From: Myxococcota bacterium
Lineage (GTDB): Bacteria; Myxococcota_A; UBA796; CAJQPC01
Assembly: GCA_036012755.1 (NCBI GenBank)
Contig: DASCPX010000157.1
Location: 1-64,000, forward strand
Length of the DNA: 64,000 bases
Direction of reading: 5' to 3'
Shown here in pieces: positions 8,446-18,033 of this stretch (position 1 is its first letter; each line of letters starts with the position of its first letter). A model generated the notes under the pieces. The model was given only the letters and a program-made list of their open reading frames with translations, was not told where the DNA came from and did not search any database. The translations under genes were made by a program, and so were the position numbers.

Positions 8446-9278
8446 AACGAAAGACGGCGTTGGACCTTCAGAGAATGAAGGCCGACAGGCAACGAATCGC
8501 AATGGTGACCGCCTACGACCACACCATGGCCCGAATCGTCGACGCGGCAGGCGTCGACATGGTCTTGGTGGGCGACAGCCTGGGCATGGTGATCCAGGGC
8601 CACCCCGACACCCTCAGCGTCAGCCTCGACGACATGGCCTACCACGGCCGCTGCGTCGCCCGGGGCCTGCAGCAGGCGCACCTGACCGTGGACATGCCCT
8701 TCATGTCCTACCAGGTGAGCGTCGAGCAGGCGCTCGAGAACGCGGGGCGGCTGGTGCGTGAGGGCAAGGCCCAGAGCGTCAAGCTCGAGGGCGGCGTGCG
8801 CACGGCCCCGGCCATCCAGCGCATCGTCGAGGCTGGAATCCCCGTGGTCGGCCACATCGGGCTCACCCCCCAGTCCATCAACCAGCTCGGCGGCTTTCGC
8901 GTCCAGGGGCGGGGAGATGCCGGCCGCGTGCAGCTGCTCGAGGACGCCCGCGCCGTCTGCGAGGCCGGCGCCTTCTGCGTCGTGCTCGAGATGGTCCCGG
9001 CGGCCCTCGCCGCCGAGGTGACCGAGCTGTTGCCCATCCCCACGATCGGCATCGGGGCTGGCGTGAAGTGCGACGGCCAGGTGCTCGTCTGCAACGATCT
9101 GTTGGGCTTCGACGGGGCCTTCAAGCCCCGGTTCGTGAAGCGCTTCGCCGAGCTCGAACAGCCGATGATCGACGCCGTCGCCACCTACGTCGGAGAGGTC
9201 CGAGAGGGCACCTTTCCGACCGATGAGCACAGCTTCCACCGCCGGCGCGGGCCGCAGAAGGTCGCAAAGATCTACTGA
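8442..9278 (+). CDS. panB: 3-methyl-2-oxobutanoate hydroxymethyltransferase
   Basis: MVTAYD, LVGDSLG, DMPFMSY, VKLEGG, GHIGLTPQ, CDGQVLV. Confidence 0.97.
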   Translation: MKRKTALDLQRMKADRQRIAMVTAYDHTMARIVDAAGVDMVLVGDSLGMVIQGHPDTLSVSLDDMAYHGRCVARGLQQAHLTVDMPFMSYQVSVEQALENAGRLVREGKAQSVKLEGGVRTAPAIQRIVEAGIPVVGHIGLTPQSINQLGGFRVQGRGDAGRVQLLEDARAVCEAGAFCVVLEMVPAALAAEVTELLPIPTIGIGAGVKCDGQVLVCNDLLGFDGAFKPRFVKRFAELEQPMIDAVATYVGEVREGTFPTDEHSFHRRRGPQKVAKIY

Positions 9279-10093
9279 TGCACACCCTCACGGAGGTCGC
9301 GGCGGTCCAGGCTCGCTGCCTCGCGTGGCGGGCCGAGGGCTTGGTCGTGGGCTTCGTGCCCACGATGGGTTTCCTCCATCGCGGGCATGCCTCGCTGATG
9401 GACCTGGCCGTCCAGCGCTGCGATCGCCTCGTGGTCAGCATCTTCGTCAACCCGATCCAGTTCGGCCCGGGCGAGGACCTCGACCGCTACCCGCGGGATC
9501 CGGAGGGTGACGCGCAGACCTGCGAGGAGCACGGTTGCGATCTGCTCTTTTCGCCAGTGAGCCTGTACCCCCCGGGCTTCTCGACGAGGGTGAGCCTCAG
9601 CGGGGTCACCGATGGGCTCTGCGGCGCCCGACGGCCGGGTCACTTCGAGGGCGTCACGACCGTGGTCGCCCGGCTCTTCGGCATCGTGCAGCCCCACGTC
9701 GCGGTCTTCGGCGAGAAGGACTACCAGCAGCTCCAGGTGCTGCGCGCGATGACCCGCGACCTCGCCATGCCGATCGAGATCCTCGGTGGTGCGCTGATCC
9801 GGGACGACGACGGGCTCGCGCTGTCCTCGCGCAACGCCTACCTCACGCCGAGGCAGCGACAGCAGGGCCTGAGCCTGCACCGCGCGCTTTTCGCGATGCG
9901 GTCCTCGGGCATCCGAGACGTCGAGGAGTTGAAAGCCCTCGGTGGAGCTCTCCTCGACGTCGACCGGATCGACTACCTGGATGTCGTGGATGCAGAGGAT
10001 CTGGGCCCGCTGGACACGGTCGATCGCCCTGCGCGTGCGCTCGTCGCCGCGTTCGTCGGCGAGACGCGCCTGATCGACAACGTCGGCCTGTAG
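9278..10093 (+). CDS. panC: Pantoate--beta-alanine ligase
   Basis: FVPTMGFLHRGH, SIFVNPIQF, RPGHFEGV, FGEKDYQQ, GLALSSRN, RLIDN. Confidence 0.97.
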   Translation: MHTLTEVAAVQARCLAWRAEGLVVGFVPTMGFLHRGHASLMDLAVQRCDRLVVSIFVNPIQFGPGEDLDRYPRDPEGDAQTCEEHGCDLLFSPVSLYPPGFSTRVSLSGVTDGLCGARRPGHFEGVTTVVARLFGIVQPHVAVFGEKDYQQLQVLRAMTRDLAMPIEILGGALIRDDDGLALSSRNAYLTPRQRQQGLSLHRALFAMRSSGIRDVEELKALGGALLDVDRIDYLDVVDAEDLGPLDTVDRPARALVAAFVGETRLIDNVGL

Positions 10094-10440
10094 TGGACGC
10101 CTCCACCTGGGTCATCGTGGGCGTCGCGGCGCTCCTCGGCATCAACCGGCTCATCTGGGTCGGCAAGCGCCATCGGCGCATCCGCTTCTTCGGGATCCAG
10201 CTCCTCAACATCCTCGGCGCCTGCTACATGATCCTGTGGGGTGTGCCCCAGTTCACGGGCCAGCTGCAAGTAGCCAACTGGGTGCTCGCGGCTGTGATCG
10301 TCTTCCACGCCGTCCAGAACAACCGCCGCGTCCAGCGCGAGGCCCAGGAGGCCAGCGACGACGACACGGACGAGGACGACGCCCGTCGGGCCGCCGTAAT
10401 GGCCCGGCTCAAGGGTGAGGCGGACGAGGACGATGAGTAG
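10093..10440 (+). CDS. Hypothetical membrane protein (3 TM, acidic tail)
   Basis: GTG overlapping panC stop; hydrophobic segments. Confidence 0.7.
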   Translation: MDASTWVIVGVAALLGINRLIWVGKRHRRIRFFGIQLLNILGACYMILWGVPQFTGQLQVANWVLAAVIVFHAVQNNRRVQREAQEASDDDTDEDDARRAAVMARLKGEADEDDE

Positions 10441-10475
10441 ACGGGTTAAGGTCCGAGACTTCGGAGGCTGAACAG

Positions 10476-10928
10476 GTGCTGCTGCTGTCGCTGCTCTTGA
10501 CCGAGCCCCAGGCGGGCTACTCCGAGGGGAGAAGCTGCGTGAACTCGCAGATCGCGGACTCCTACCTCGACGGTTGGCGGCTGCGGACCGCCGGCGCGTT
10601 CGAGATCGAGGAGAGCGACACGCGCTACTACCTGGTCACGCTCGCCTCGACGATCGAGTACAAGATCCTCGCCTGCAGTGACGACGCGGCCGAGCAGATC
10701 CAGCTCGTGGTCTACAACGACTCCGGCCGCGTGCTCGAGGTGACCGAGCCAGATGGCCGCGGCGCGGACATGACCTTCTCCCCGCCGAAGAGCGGGAGCT
10801 ACTTCGTGGGCGCCCGGGTGGTCCAGATGGCGGACATCGCGGAGCCCGAGACCCGCAAGGAGAAGCGCGAGGCCAAGAAGTCGGGCGCGCCAAAGGTCGG
10901 CGTCGGCCTGGGGATCATGTACCGGTAG
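10476..10928 (+). CDS. Hypothetical exported beta-sandwich protein
   Basis: Short signal peptide, GGAGG RBS, PPC-like beta pattern. Confidence 0.65.
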   Translation: MLLLSLLLTEPQAGYSEGRSCVNSQIADSYLDGWRLRTAGAFEIEESDTRYYLVTLASTIEYKILACSDDAAEQIQLVVYNDSGRVLEVTEPDGRGADMTFSPPKSGSYFVGARVVQMADIAEPETRKEKREAKKSGAPKVGVGLGIMYR

Positions 10929-12162
10929 AGGCGTCGATGACCGCGATGATCTCGTGGTCCTCCAGGACCCGGTTGGTCGCCTTGGCGTGCTCGAAGATCG
11001 TGCTGGCGAGCTCGTCGGTGGGCTCGTAGCCGTGGCTCAGGAGCCAGGCGTGCACGTTGGACATGCCGCTGTAGTGGCCGACCTCGATGGTCTGGCGCAG
11101 GCCGAACCAGCCCGCTGGCACCCCCGAGTAGATGCGGTCCGCGAGCCAGGCGTCGCCGCGGTTCTGGGCCTTGACGACCGCGGCGGCGTGCACGCCGGTG
11201 CCCGTGCGGAAGGCATCGCGTCCGAACACCGGGTAGCTGACCGGGATCTGGACCTCGCAGGTCCTTGCCGCGATCTCGACGAGCTGCGCCAGCGACGAGA
11301 GGTCGCCCTGGTGCACCCCGAGCAGCTTCAGGTTCACCAACAGCTGGTCGATCGAGGTGTTGCCGACGCGCTCGCCCATGCCGAGCACCGTGCCGTGGAC
11401 CCGGTCGACGCCCGCTTCGATGGCGACCAGGGCGTTGCTCAACGCGTGCCCCCGGTCGTTGTGGCCGTGCCAGTCCAGTCGAGCCGAGTGACCCTCGCTG
11501 CGCATGATGTTGCGAGCGAAGCGGACGAGGTTGTGGACGCCGTTGTGGGTCGCGTGACCGACCGTGTCGCAGAGGCAGAGGCCGTCGGCGCCCTCTTCCA
11601 GCGCCGCTCGGAACAGGCGGGCAAGCAACCTGGGGTTGGAGCGCACCGTGTCTTCTGTGACGAAGGTGCAGGGAAGACCGGCGTCCTTGGCCATCTTCAC
11701 TGCCGTGCGGGTGCGCTGCTCGAGCAGGGCGGCGTCCCAGCCCTCGGTATACAGCCGGATGGGCGAGGCGCCGAGGAAGGCCATGACCTCGATCGGCATG
11801 CCGACCTTCTGGCTGATCTCGATGATGGGCCGGATGTCGTTCGGGTGGGTCCGGGCCGCGCACTGGGCCTTGATCGACAGCCCCTCTTCCCGGATCATCG
11901 CCGCCATGATGGTGCAGTCGTCGACCGCGCGCTGCCCCGCACCGGGGAGGCCGATGTCGATGTTGTCCACCCCGAGCCCGGAGAGCAGCCGGATGATCTG
12001 CTTCTTGGCGTCGATCGGCGGATCTGTCACCGATGGGCACTGGATGCCATCCCGCAGGGTCTCGTCGCAGTACTCCGGTCGCGACAGGGGCGGAGTGTGG
12101 GTGTCGCCCTCGACGTTCCAGTCGTAGATCAGGTCGCTCTCGGAGAGCTGCGTGTCCGACAT
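10915..12162 (-). CDS. LeuA family (isopropylmalate/homocitrate synthase-like), no C-terminal regulatory domain
   Basis: DETLRDGIQ, FVTED, LCDTVG, HGHNDRG, GMGERVGN; GGAG RBS before ATG at 12162. Confidence 0.88.
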   Translation of the reverse strand: MSDTQLSESDLIYDWNVEGDTHTPPLSRPEYCDETLRDGIQCPSVTDPPIDAKKQIIRLLSGLGVDNIDIGLPGAGQRAVDDCTIMAAMIREEGLSIKAQCAARTHPNDIRPIIEISQKVGMPIEVMAFLGASPIRLYTEGWDAALLEQRTRTAVKMAKDAGLPCTFVTEDTVRSNPRLLARLFRAALEEGADGLCLCDTVGHATHNGVHNLVRFARNIMRSEGHSARLDWHGHNDRGHALSNALVAIEAGVDRVHGTVLGMGERVGNTSIDQLLVNLKLLGVHQGDLSSLAQLVEIAARTCEVQIPVSYPVFGRDAFRTGTGVHAAAVVKAQNRGDAWLADRIYSGVPAGWFGLRQTIEVGHYSGMSNVHAWLLSHGYEPTDELASTIFEHAKATNRVLEDHEIIAVIDASTGT

Positions 12163-12179
12163 GGTCTCTCCTGCCAGGT

Positions 12180-13226
12180 TCAGAGGGCTGCGATCACGGC
12201 GTCCCCGACCTCGGTGGTCGTGAGGGTGCCCCCCAGCTCGGGGGTGATGAGGTCGTGCGAGAGGCAGTGGCGCACCGCCAGCTCCAGCTCCTGCTCCAGC
12301 TCGGGGTGACCGAGCCATGACAGCAGCATGCCGGCGGAGAGCACGGCGGCGAGGGGGTTCGCCTTTCCCTGGCCCGCGATGTCCGGAGCCGAGCCGTGGA
12401 CCGGCTCGAACATTGCGATGCCAGCCTCGGGGTTGAGGTTGCCAGAGGCCGCGAGCCCGATGCCACCTTGGAGCTGGGCGCCGAGGTCGGTGACGATGTC
12501 GCCGAAGAGGTTGTTCGTGACTATGACCTCGAAGCGCTCGGGAGCGCGAACCATCTCCATCGCGAGGACGTCTATGAAGAGGTGGCTCGCTTCGATGTCC
12601 GGATGCTCTTCCGCCACGCTCTTGAACACCCGCTGCCAGAGATCGTGACCATGACGCATCGCGTTGGACTTGTCGGACATGCAGACCCTGGAGAGGCCCC
12701 GGGTCGTCGCGAAGTCGAAGGCCGCGCGCACGATCCGTTCCACGCCCTTGCGCGTGTTGAGCTCGGCTTCGATGGCGATCTCGTCGGGGGTGTCGCGCTT
12801 GAACTGGCCGCCCACGCCTGTGTAGAGCCCCTCGGTGTTCTCCCGGAAGACCGTGAAGCAGAGGTCGTCGGGGCCCTTGCCCTTGAGCGGGCAGTACCGC
12901 GCGTCCAAGAGCCGGCAGGGCCGGAGGTTGATGTAGAGATCGAGCTGGAAGCGCATTCCGAGCAGGATGTCCTTCGCGTGGACGCTGCTCTCCACGCGGG
13001 GGTCGCCGAGGGCGCCGAAGAGGATGGCGTCGTACCCCCTCAGCCCGTCCATCTCTGCTGGGGTGATGGTGACGCCCGTCCGCAGGTACCGCTCCGCGCC
13101 GTAGTCGAGCTCTTCGAAGTCCAGCCCGAGCCCGTCGCGGGCGTCGAGGTGCCGAAGGACCCGCACACCCTCTGCGCTGACCTCGTGCCCGATGCCGTCT
13201 CCGGGTATGACCGCGACGCGGGGCAT
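12180..13226 (-). CDS. leuB: 3-isopropylmalate dehydrogenase family
   Basis: IPGDGIG, NLRP, RENTEGLY, DKSN, NLFGDIVTD, FEPVHGSAPDIAG. Confidence 0.88.
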   Translation of the reverse strand: MPRVAVIPGDGIGHEVSAEGVRVLRHLDARDGLGLDFEELDYGAERYLRTGVTITPAEMDGLRGYDAILFGALGDPRVESSVHAKDILLGMRFQLDLYINLRPCRLLDARYCPLKGKGPDDLCFTVFRENTEGLYTGVGGQFKRDTPDEIAIEAELNTRKGVERIVRAAFDFATTRGLSRVCMSDKSNAMRHGHDLWQRVFKSVAEEHPDIEASHLFIDVLAMEMVRAPERFEVIVTNNLFGDIVTDLGAQLQGGIGLAASGNLNPEAGIAMFEPVHGSAPDIAGQGKANPLAAVLSAGMLLSWLGHPELEQELELAVRHCLSHDLITPELGGTLTTTEVGDAVIAAL

Positions 13227-13324
13227 ATGCACTCCGAGGTGGGCCGTTGTCTATCGCAGAGGAGTTTCCATGGCCATCCCGGCGCGTTGACGGCGCTCGA
13301 TCCTGGTGCGAGGATCCAAGCCTC

Positions 13325-14551
13325 ATGAGCGCGTGGCAGGTGAAGACCGAGGCGGGCAACCGCAAGGTCGAGGACATTGAAGCGCTTCGCGCCCTCGTGG
13401 TCACCGGCGATGTCCTCGCCGACACGAAGGTGCGAAAGGGAACCCGGGGCCGTTGGCGCCTCGCCGGGGACGTGCCCGAGCTCGTCGACTGCTTCCCGAC
13501 CGATGCTGATGACGAGGACGACCCCTGGGCAGCCTGGGACGACGAGCTCGACGAGGACGTTCGGGACGAGGTCACCAGCGGGGCGGACGAGACCGAGGAG
13601 GTCCCGGATTCCACCGTGGACGACGACTCGAGCATCGAGGTCTCGGTCGATGACCTGGTGGCCGAGCGCCCGAAGCTCACCGGTGACAAGAAGAAGAAGG
13701 CGGCGAAGCCTCCAGAGGTCGGAGACCGCAAGGAGCCGAGGGTCGTGGTCGACAGCAAGGCCGAAGCGCCTCAGGAGAAGGCCCCGCCTCCCCCCGAGCG
13801 GGGCATGGTGATCGACTTTCCGGAGGGCGGACGCCGCCGGACGCGGCCTGTGCGCACCTCCGCCCAGCCCGCCGCGCGTCACGACGCGGCTGCGGAGCCT
13901 CGCAGGCGCCCCCAGCCGAGCCCCCTCGACAGCATTCGCGGGCGCTACTTCGGCTACCTGTTCTTCGTCGCGGTCGCCTGCCTCGGCGTCGGCATCGGGG
14001 TCTGGTACATCTGGTCTGTCGCTACCTGGAGCAGCTCTGATCCGCTGGGTCACAGCCTCGGACGCGAGGCCCCCAAGACCGTCGCGGAGACCGTGGTCGA
14101 GCCCGTCGTGCCCTTCGAAGAGCCCGCCGAGGAGGGTGATGCGCTCCAGCCGGTGCTCGAGTCGCTGAAGGCGGAGATGGTCCACGAGATCGCCGAGCTG
14201 CCGCCCAACGACATCACTTCGCTCGAGGACGCCACGTTCTTCGAGCTGATGAAGCTGGTGAACGTGAAGGAACAGGACATCGAAGTCCTCACCTGGGGGC
14301 CGGATGGCATGCCGGAGCAGGTGGCCTTCGAGGTCAAGCTCCGGACGGCCGGAGACCCACAGCGCGAGCTCGGTGCGGTGGCGCTGGTCTATGGCAAGTA
14401 CGTCGACCACTACGAGTTCATCGTGCGGGGCTTCAACGTCACGCGGGTCGACGAGGCGGCAGGGACGGCCGGAACCTACACCATCGACCCAGACAAGGCC
14501 GTGAGCCTCTACCGGGACGAGATCGGCCTCATGGAAGCGCTCTCCGACTAG
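13325..14551 (+). CDS. Bitopic membrane protein with GYF_2-like N-terminal domain
   Basis: LRALVVTGDV...TKVR...RWRLAGDVPEL pattern, acidic/Pro linker, one TM, C-terminal domain; start may be 13247. Confidence 0.65.
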   Translation: MSAWQVKTEAGNRKVEDIEALRALVVTGDVLADTKVRKGTRGRWRLAGDVPELVDCFPTDADDEDDPWAAWDDELDEDVRDEVTSGADETEEVPDSTVDDDSSIEVSVDDLVAERPKLTGDKKKKAAKPPEVGDRKEPRVVVDSKAEAPQEKAPPPPERGMVIDFPEGGRRRTRPVRTSAQPAARHDAAAEPRRRPQPSPLDSIRGRYFGYLFFVAVACLGVGIGVWYIWSVATWSSSDPLGHSLGREAPKTVAETVVEPVVPFEEPAEEGDALQPVLESLKAEMVHEIAELPPNDITSLEDATFFELMKLVNVKEQDIEVLTWGPDGMPEQVAFEVKLRTAGDPQRELGAVALVYGKYVDHYEFIVRGFNVTRVDEAAGTAGTYTIDPDKAVSLYRDEIGLMEALSD

Positions 14552-14566
14552 CAGGAGCGCGCGGAG

Positions 14567-15097
14567 CTACATGCCCGCGCGGGTGGCCTGCTGGAGAGCC
14601 TCGATGCTGCGTACGATCGCCGCGGCTGGGGGAGCCCCGCGGTTCGCCAGGCGGATCTTGCGCTCCGGGTTCACCAGGTAGACCGTGCGCAGGACCAGCG
14701 TCGAGAAAGGCAGGTGGAGCGCTGCCTTGAACTGGCGGGCGACGACTCCACCCCGGTCGGTGAGGAGGGGAAACTCCAGATCGAGCTTGCGGGCGAAGGC
14801 CTCGTGGCTGTCCGCTTCTGCGGGGTTGACGCCGTAGACCCTGGCGCCCAGCTCGCCCAGGCGCCCGTGGAGTTCTCGGTAGTCACGAAGCTGGGCGGTG
14901 CAGCCTGGCGTGTCGTCCATCGGGTAGAAGACCATCACCGTCCACTTGCGGTTGTTGTGGCGGTGCCAGCTGCCGTCCCAGCTCTGGAGGTGCCACTCCG
15001 GCACCGTCTCGCCCTCGGCGAGCAGCGGCGGGTAGATCCTGCGCTTGAGCGCTTCCTTGACCGGGGTCGGCAGTGCGCCCCTGAGCTCTCTGATCAT
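14567..15097 (-). CDS. Peroxiredoxin, BCP/PrxQ family
   Basis: FYPMDDTPGCT, FPLLTD, RTVYLV. Confidence 0.9.
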   Translation of the reverse strand: MIRELRGALPTPVKEALKRRIYPPLLAEGETVPEWHLQSWDGSWHRHNNRKWTVMVFYPMDDTPGCTAQLRDYRELHGRLGELGARVYGVNPAEADSHEAFARKLDLEFPLLTDRGGVVARQFKAALHLPFSTLVLRTVYLVNPERKIRLANRGAPPAAAIVRSIEALQQATRAGM

Positions 15098-16128
15098 GCG
15101 AGATGTCTAACCAGCTCCAAGAGCCCGGCTTCGAAGCGCGCCTCTCGATCCACACCAGCGAGGTCGTCGCAAGCCACCAGCCGATCCCGCTCCAGGGTGG
15201 TCTGGCCACAGAAGACCCAGGCGTCAGCTGCACGCCCGAGCACCTCTCCGACGACCTTGCCCTCCAGCGAGGTCGGGTCGAAGCGACCTTCGCCGGTGAG
15301 GACGAGTTCGTGGTCGTGTATGTGCCGGTCGAGCTCGAGTGCCCGGGCAGCGGCAGCGGCGCCAGCGACGATCCGGGCGCCGAGGAGGGCCTCGAGGGCC
15401 CAGCCGACCCCTCCGGCGGCGCCTCCGTAGACGCGGTCCACCGCCAACTCCGGGAGCTCGTGGCGGCGTCTCCAGGCAGAGACGACCTCGTGCCAGTGGG
15501 CGAGGCCATGGCTCACGCGCTCGATGCTCAGCTCGTCAGCCCCCTTTTGAGGCCCGAAGACACGGGCGCTCTCGAGAAAAGGGGTCCGAACGTCGGCCCA
15601 GACCTGGACGACTCGGCCGGAAAGTGGCGGTGCTCCGCGGATCGCCTCGACGCGCTCCAGGTCGGCTGCTGAAGGAAGGGGCGTATCGACCCCCTCCAGC
15701 ACCAGCCCGAGACCCTTCGCCAGGCCCAGGCCGCCATCCATCGTCCCGCTCCCGCCGAGGCCGACCACGAAGGGCCCATCGGTGTTCGAGTTCAGGCGCC
15801 TGAGCGCTTGCCCGAGCCCGATCGAGGAGGCGGTGAGCGGGTCCTCGCACCAGCGCGAGCCGATGGCCCTGGCGCTCTCGAGGAAGGTGTGGCCGGCCAT
15901 CTTCAAGGCGAGCGGGCGCACGTCCTGGCCGCCGGGCCCCGTGACGGCGAGCGGGAGAGTTCCGGAAGACAGCGACTTGAGCGCCAACGCGGCCCCTTCG
16001 CCCCCGTCGGTCAGGGGGAGCTCGGTGACGAAGTGTCCGGCCTCGCGCAAGGCCTCTGCGGTGCGCCGGGCGATGGTCGGGGCAGACGCGAAGCCGCCCC
16101 AGCTGTCAGGCGCGACCAGGACCTTCAC
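15094..16128 (-). CDS. Glycerate kinase (class I), divergent
   Basis: VLVAPDS, DGGEG, GLGGSGTMDGG, FGPQKGA, GAAGG, LTGEGRFD, GKV. Confidence 0.88.
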   Translation of the reverse strand: MKVLVAPDSWGGFASAPTIARRTAEALREAGHFVTELPLTDGGEGAALALKSLSSGTLPLAVTGPGGQDVRPLALKMAGHTFLESARAIGSRWCEDPLTASSIGLGQALRRLNSNTDGPFVVGLGGSGTMDGGLGLAKGLGLVLEGVDTPLPSAADLERVEAIRGAPPLSGRVVQVWADVRTPFLESARVFGPQKGADELSIERVSHGLAHWHEVVSAWRRRHELPELAVDRVYGGAAGGVGWALEALLGARIVAGAAAAARALELDRHIHDHELVLTGEGRFDPTSLEGKVVGEVLGRAADAWVFCGQTTLERDRLVACDDLAGVDREARFEAGLLELVRHLA

Positions 16129-17207
16129 GGCAGGCGCTGAAACAGGGGGCTGTCGGAGGGGACCCAGCGATGCAGGCGGGCGCCCAGCACCAGGGGTCTC
16201 TCACGCAGCTCGTCGCTCGTTCGCGCACCGGAGAGCAGGTAGGCCAGCCGGAGCTCCGCGATGACCTGGCGCAGGCGGGCGTCCAGCGCATCGATCCCTC
16301 CCTGGGCCAGGGCCTGAAGGAGCGGTCGAGCCATGCCGGCACAAGTGGCTCCCAGTGCGATGGCGCGCGCCACCGAGAGGCCGCTGTCCACGCCTCCGGT
16401 CGCGCAGATCGACAACCCGAGGCCGCTCAGCTGCGCCACGCTCGCCGCGGTGGGGATGCCCCAGTCCCAGAAACAACGACCGAGGGCAGCCTGGTCGTCC
16501 TGCGCCCGCAGGGTCTCGACGCCGACCCAGCTGGTACCCCCGGCCCCGGAGGTGTCGACGTGCTCGACGCCGATGGCCGCCACACGCTCGCCGACGCTGC
16601 GGGACAGCCCACAGCCCGTCTCCTTCACCACCACGGGCACGTCGAGCTCGGCGACGAGTCGTGCCAGGGTCTCCAGTCCGCCCCGGAAGTCCCGATCGCC
16701 CTGGTGTTGGATGGCCTCCATCGCCGGGTTGAGGTGCACGACCAAGGCGTCAGCGCCGCAGCGATCGACCATGCGCGCGAGCTCCGCGCTTGGCGTACGG
16801 TGGGCCTGCACGGCGCCGATGTTGCCGAGCACGAGCGCCGTCGGCGCGACATCGCGGATGTGGTAGCCGGCCTCGATGCCTTCCGCGAGCAGGGGCCTCT
16901 GGCTGCCGAAGCCGAAGCCGATGCCGTGCTCCTCGGCCATGAGCGCGAGGTCCCTGTTGATCGCCTCGGCTTGTTGGGTGCCCCCCGTCATCGCCGCGAT
17001 GAACAGCGGCGCGCGGAGCTCCTTGCCGCAGAAGGTCGTGCCCAGGTCGACGTCGCCCGCGGCCATCTCCGGAAGGGCGTCGTGGATCAGTTCGACCTCT
17101 TCCAAGAGCGTCGTCTTGCCTCGGAAGGCGACCTCGTCTGTCTCGCAGAGCTCGAGGTGCTCGGACTTGCGGGCTGAGATCGCGCCGGTCTTGTCGTCGT
17201 CAGGCAT
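16125..17207 (-). CDS. fni: Type 2 isopentenyl-diphosphate isomerase
   Basis: RKSEHL, AMTGG, GSQR, HLNPAME, KETGCG, GAGGTSW. Confidence 0.96.
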   Translation of the reverse strand: MPDDDKTGAISARKSEHLELCETDEVAFRGKTTLLEEVELIHDALPEMAAGDVDLGTTFCGKELRAPLFIAAMTGGTQQAEAINRDLALMAEEHGIGFGFGSQRPLLAEGIEAGYHIRDVAPTALVLGNIGAVQAHRTPSAELARMVDRCGADALVVHLNPAMEAIQHQGDRDFRGGLETLARLVAELDVPVVVKETGCGLSRSVGERVAAIGVEHVDTSGAGGTSWVGVETLRAQDDQAALGRCFWDWGIPTAASVAQLSGLGLSICATGGVDSGLSVARAIALGATCAGMARPLLQALAQGGIDALDARLRQVIAELRLAYLLSGARTSDELRERPLVLGARLHRWVPSDSPLFQRLP

Positions 17208-18033
17208 CGTCGCTCACCCCGTCAACGATCCTCACCGGGACCGGGAGCAGTCCCTCTAACGCGCAGGCTGCGGCGAAGGCCTCGCGTGTCGCCGAGGGCA
17301 ACAGCGCGACCGCGACGTCGCCGCCGCCTGCCCCCGAGGGTTTGGCGGATCCGCCATGCAGCTCGGCGAGCTCGTGGATTCGCCGGTGACCCTCTGTGAG
17401 GTAGTCGATGCCTGCCATCTCGCCCATCTCGCAGAGGAGCCGGAAGGCCTCTCTCAGCGCTTCGATCGGGGCCTGGGCGAAGCCCTCGACGAGGGCGGCG
17501 CTGGCGTCGACGAAGGCCTCTCGGGTCGCCCACTGCTGGTAGCGCCGGACCCGCGGACCGGTGGATGCGCTCCTTCCGGACCACACGGCCAGCAGCTCCG
17601 GCTCCTCCAGCCGCTCGCCGATGAGTTCGCCCTGGTAGCGACGCAGTCCGCCGGTGGCCGACGCCCGCACGTCCACCCCCGAGCCGGAGCCCTGGACCGC
17701 TCGATGGATGCGCACCATCTGCTCGACATCGGTGCAGCCCCCGGCCACGGCCGCGGCGACCACCGCGGCGGAGCTGCCGCCGAAGCCGCCCTTGTCGGGG
17801 AGCTCCGGCGCGTTCCAGTCGGAGAAACGGTACGAGGCGCGGGGAGCGTCGATGGCTCCGAGGGCTGCCCGCACGAAGGTGTCGTCACCAGGGGTCTCGA
17901 TGCAGTCGCCCTCTGAGACGGCGCAGGCCACGCCCCGGTCGACAGCCGCCACGATGGCGGGAGCTCCGTCCAGCACTGCGTACTCGCCGAGGACGAAGAG
18001 CTTGCCCGGCGCTCGGACGACGCGCGCCCTCAC
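17200..18033 (-). CDS. Phosphomevalonate kinase (GHMP)
   Basis: APGKLFVLGEYAVL, KGGFGGSSA, QGSGSGVDV, KPSGAGGGD; GTGA overlap with mvaD. Confidence 0.88.
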   Translation of the reverse strand: MRARVVRAPGKLFVLGEYAVLDGAPAIVAAVDRGVACAVSEGDCIETPGDDTFVRAALGAIDAPRASYRFSDWNAPELPDKGGFGGSSAAVVAAAVAGGCTDVEQMVRIHRAVQGSGSGVDVRASATGGLRRYQGELIGERLEEPELLAVWSGRSASTGPRVRRYQQWATREAFVDASAALVEGFAQAPIEALREAFRLLCEMGEMAGIDYLTEGHRRIHELAELHGGSAKPSGAGGGDVAVALLPSATREAFAAACALEGLLPVPVRIVDGVSDDA

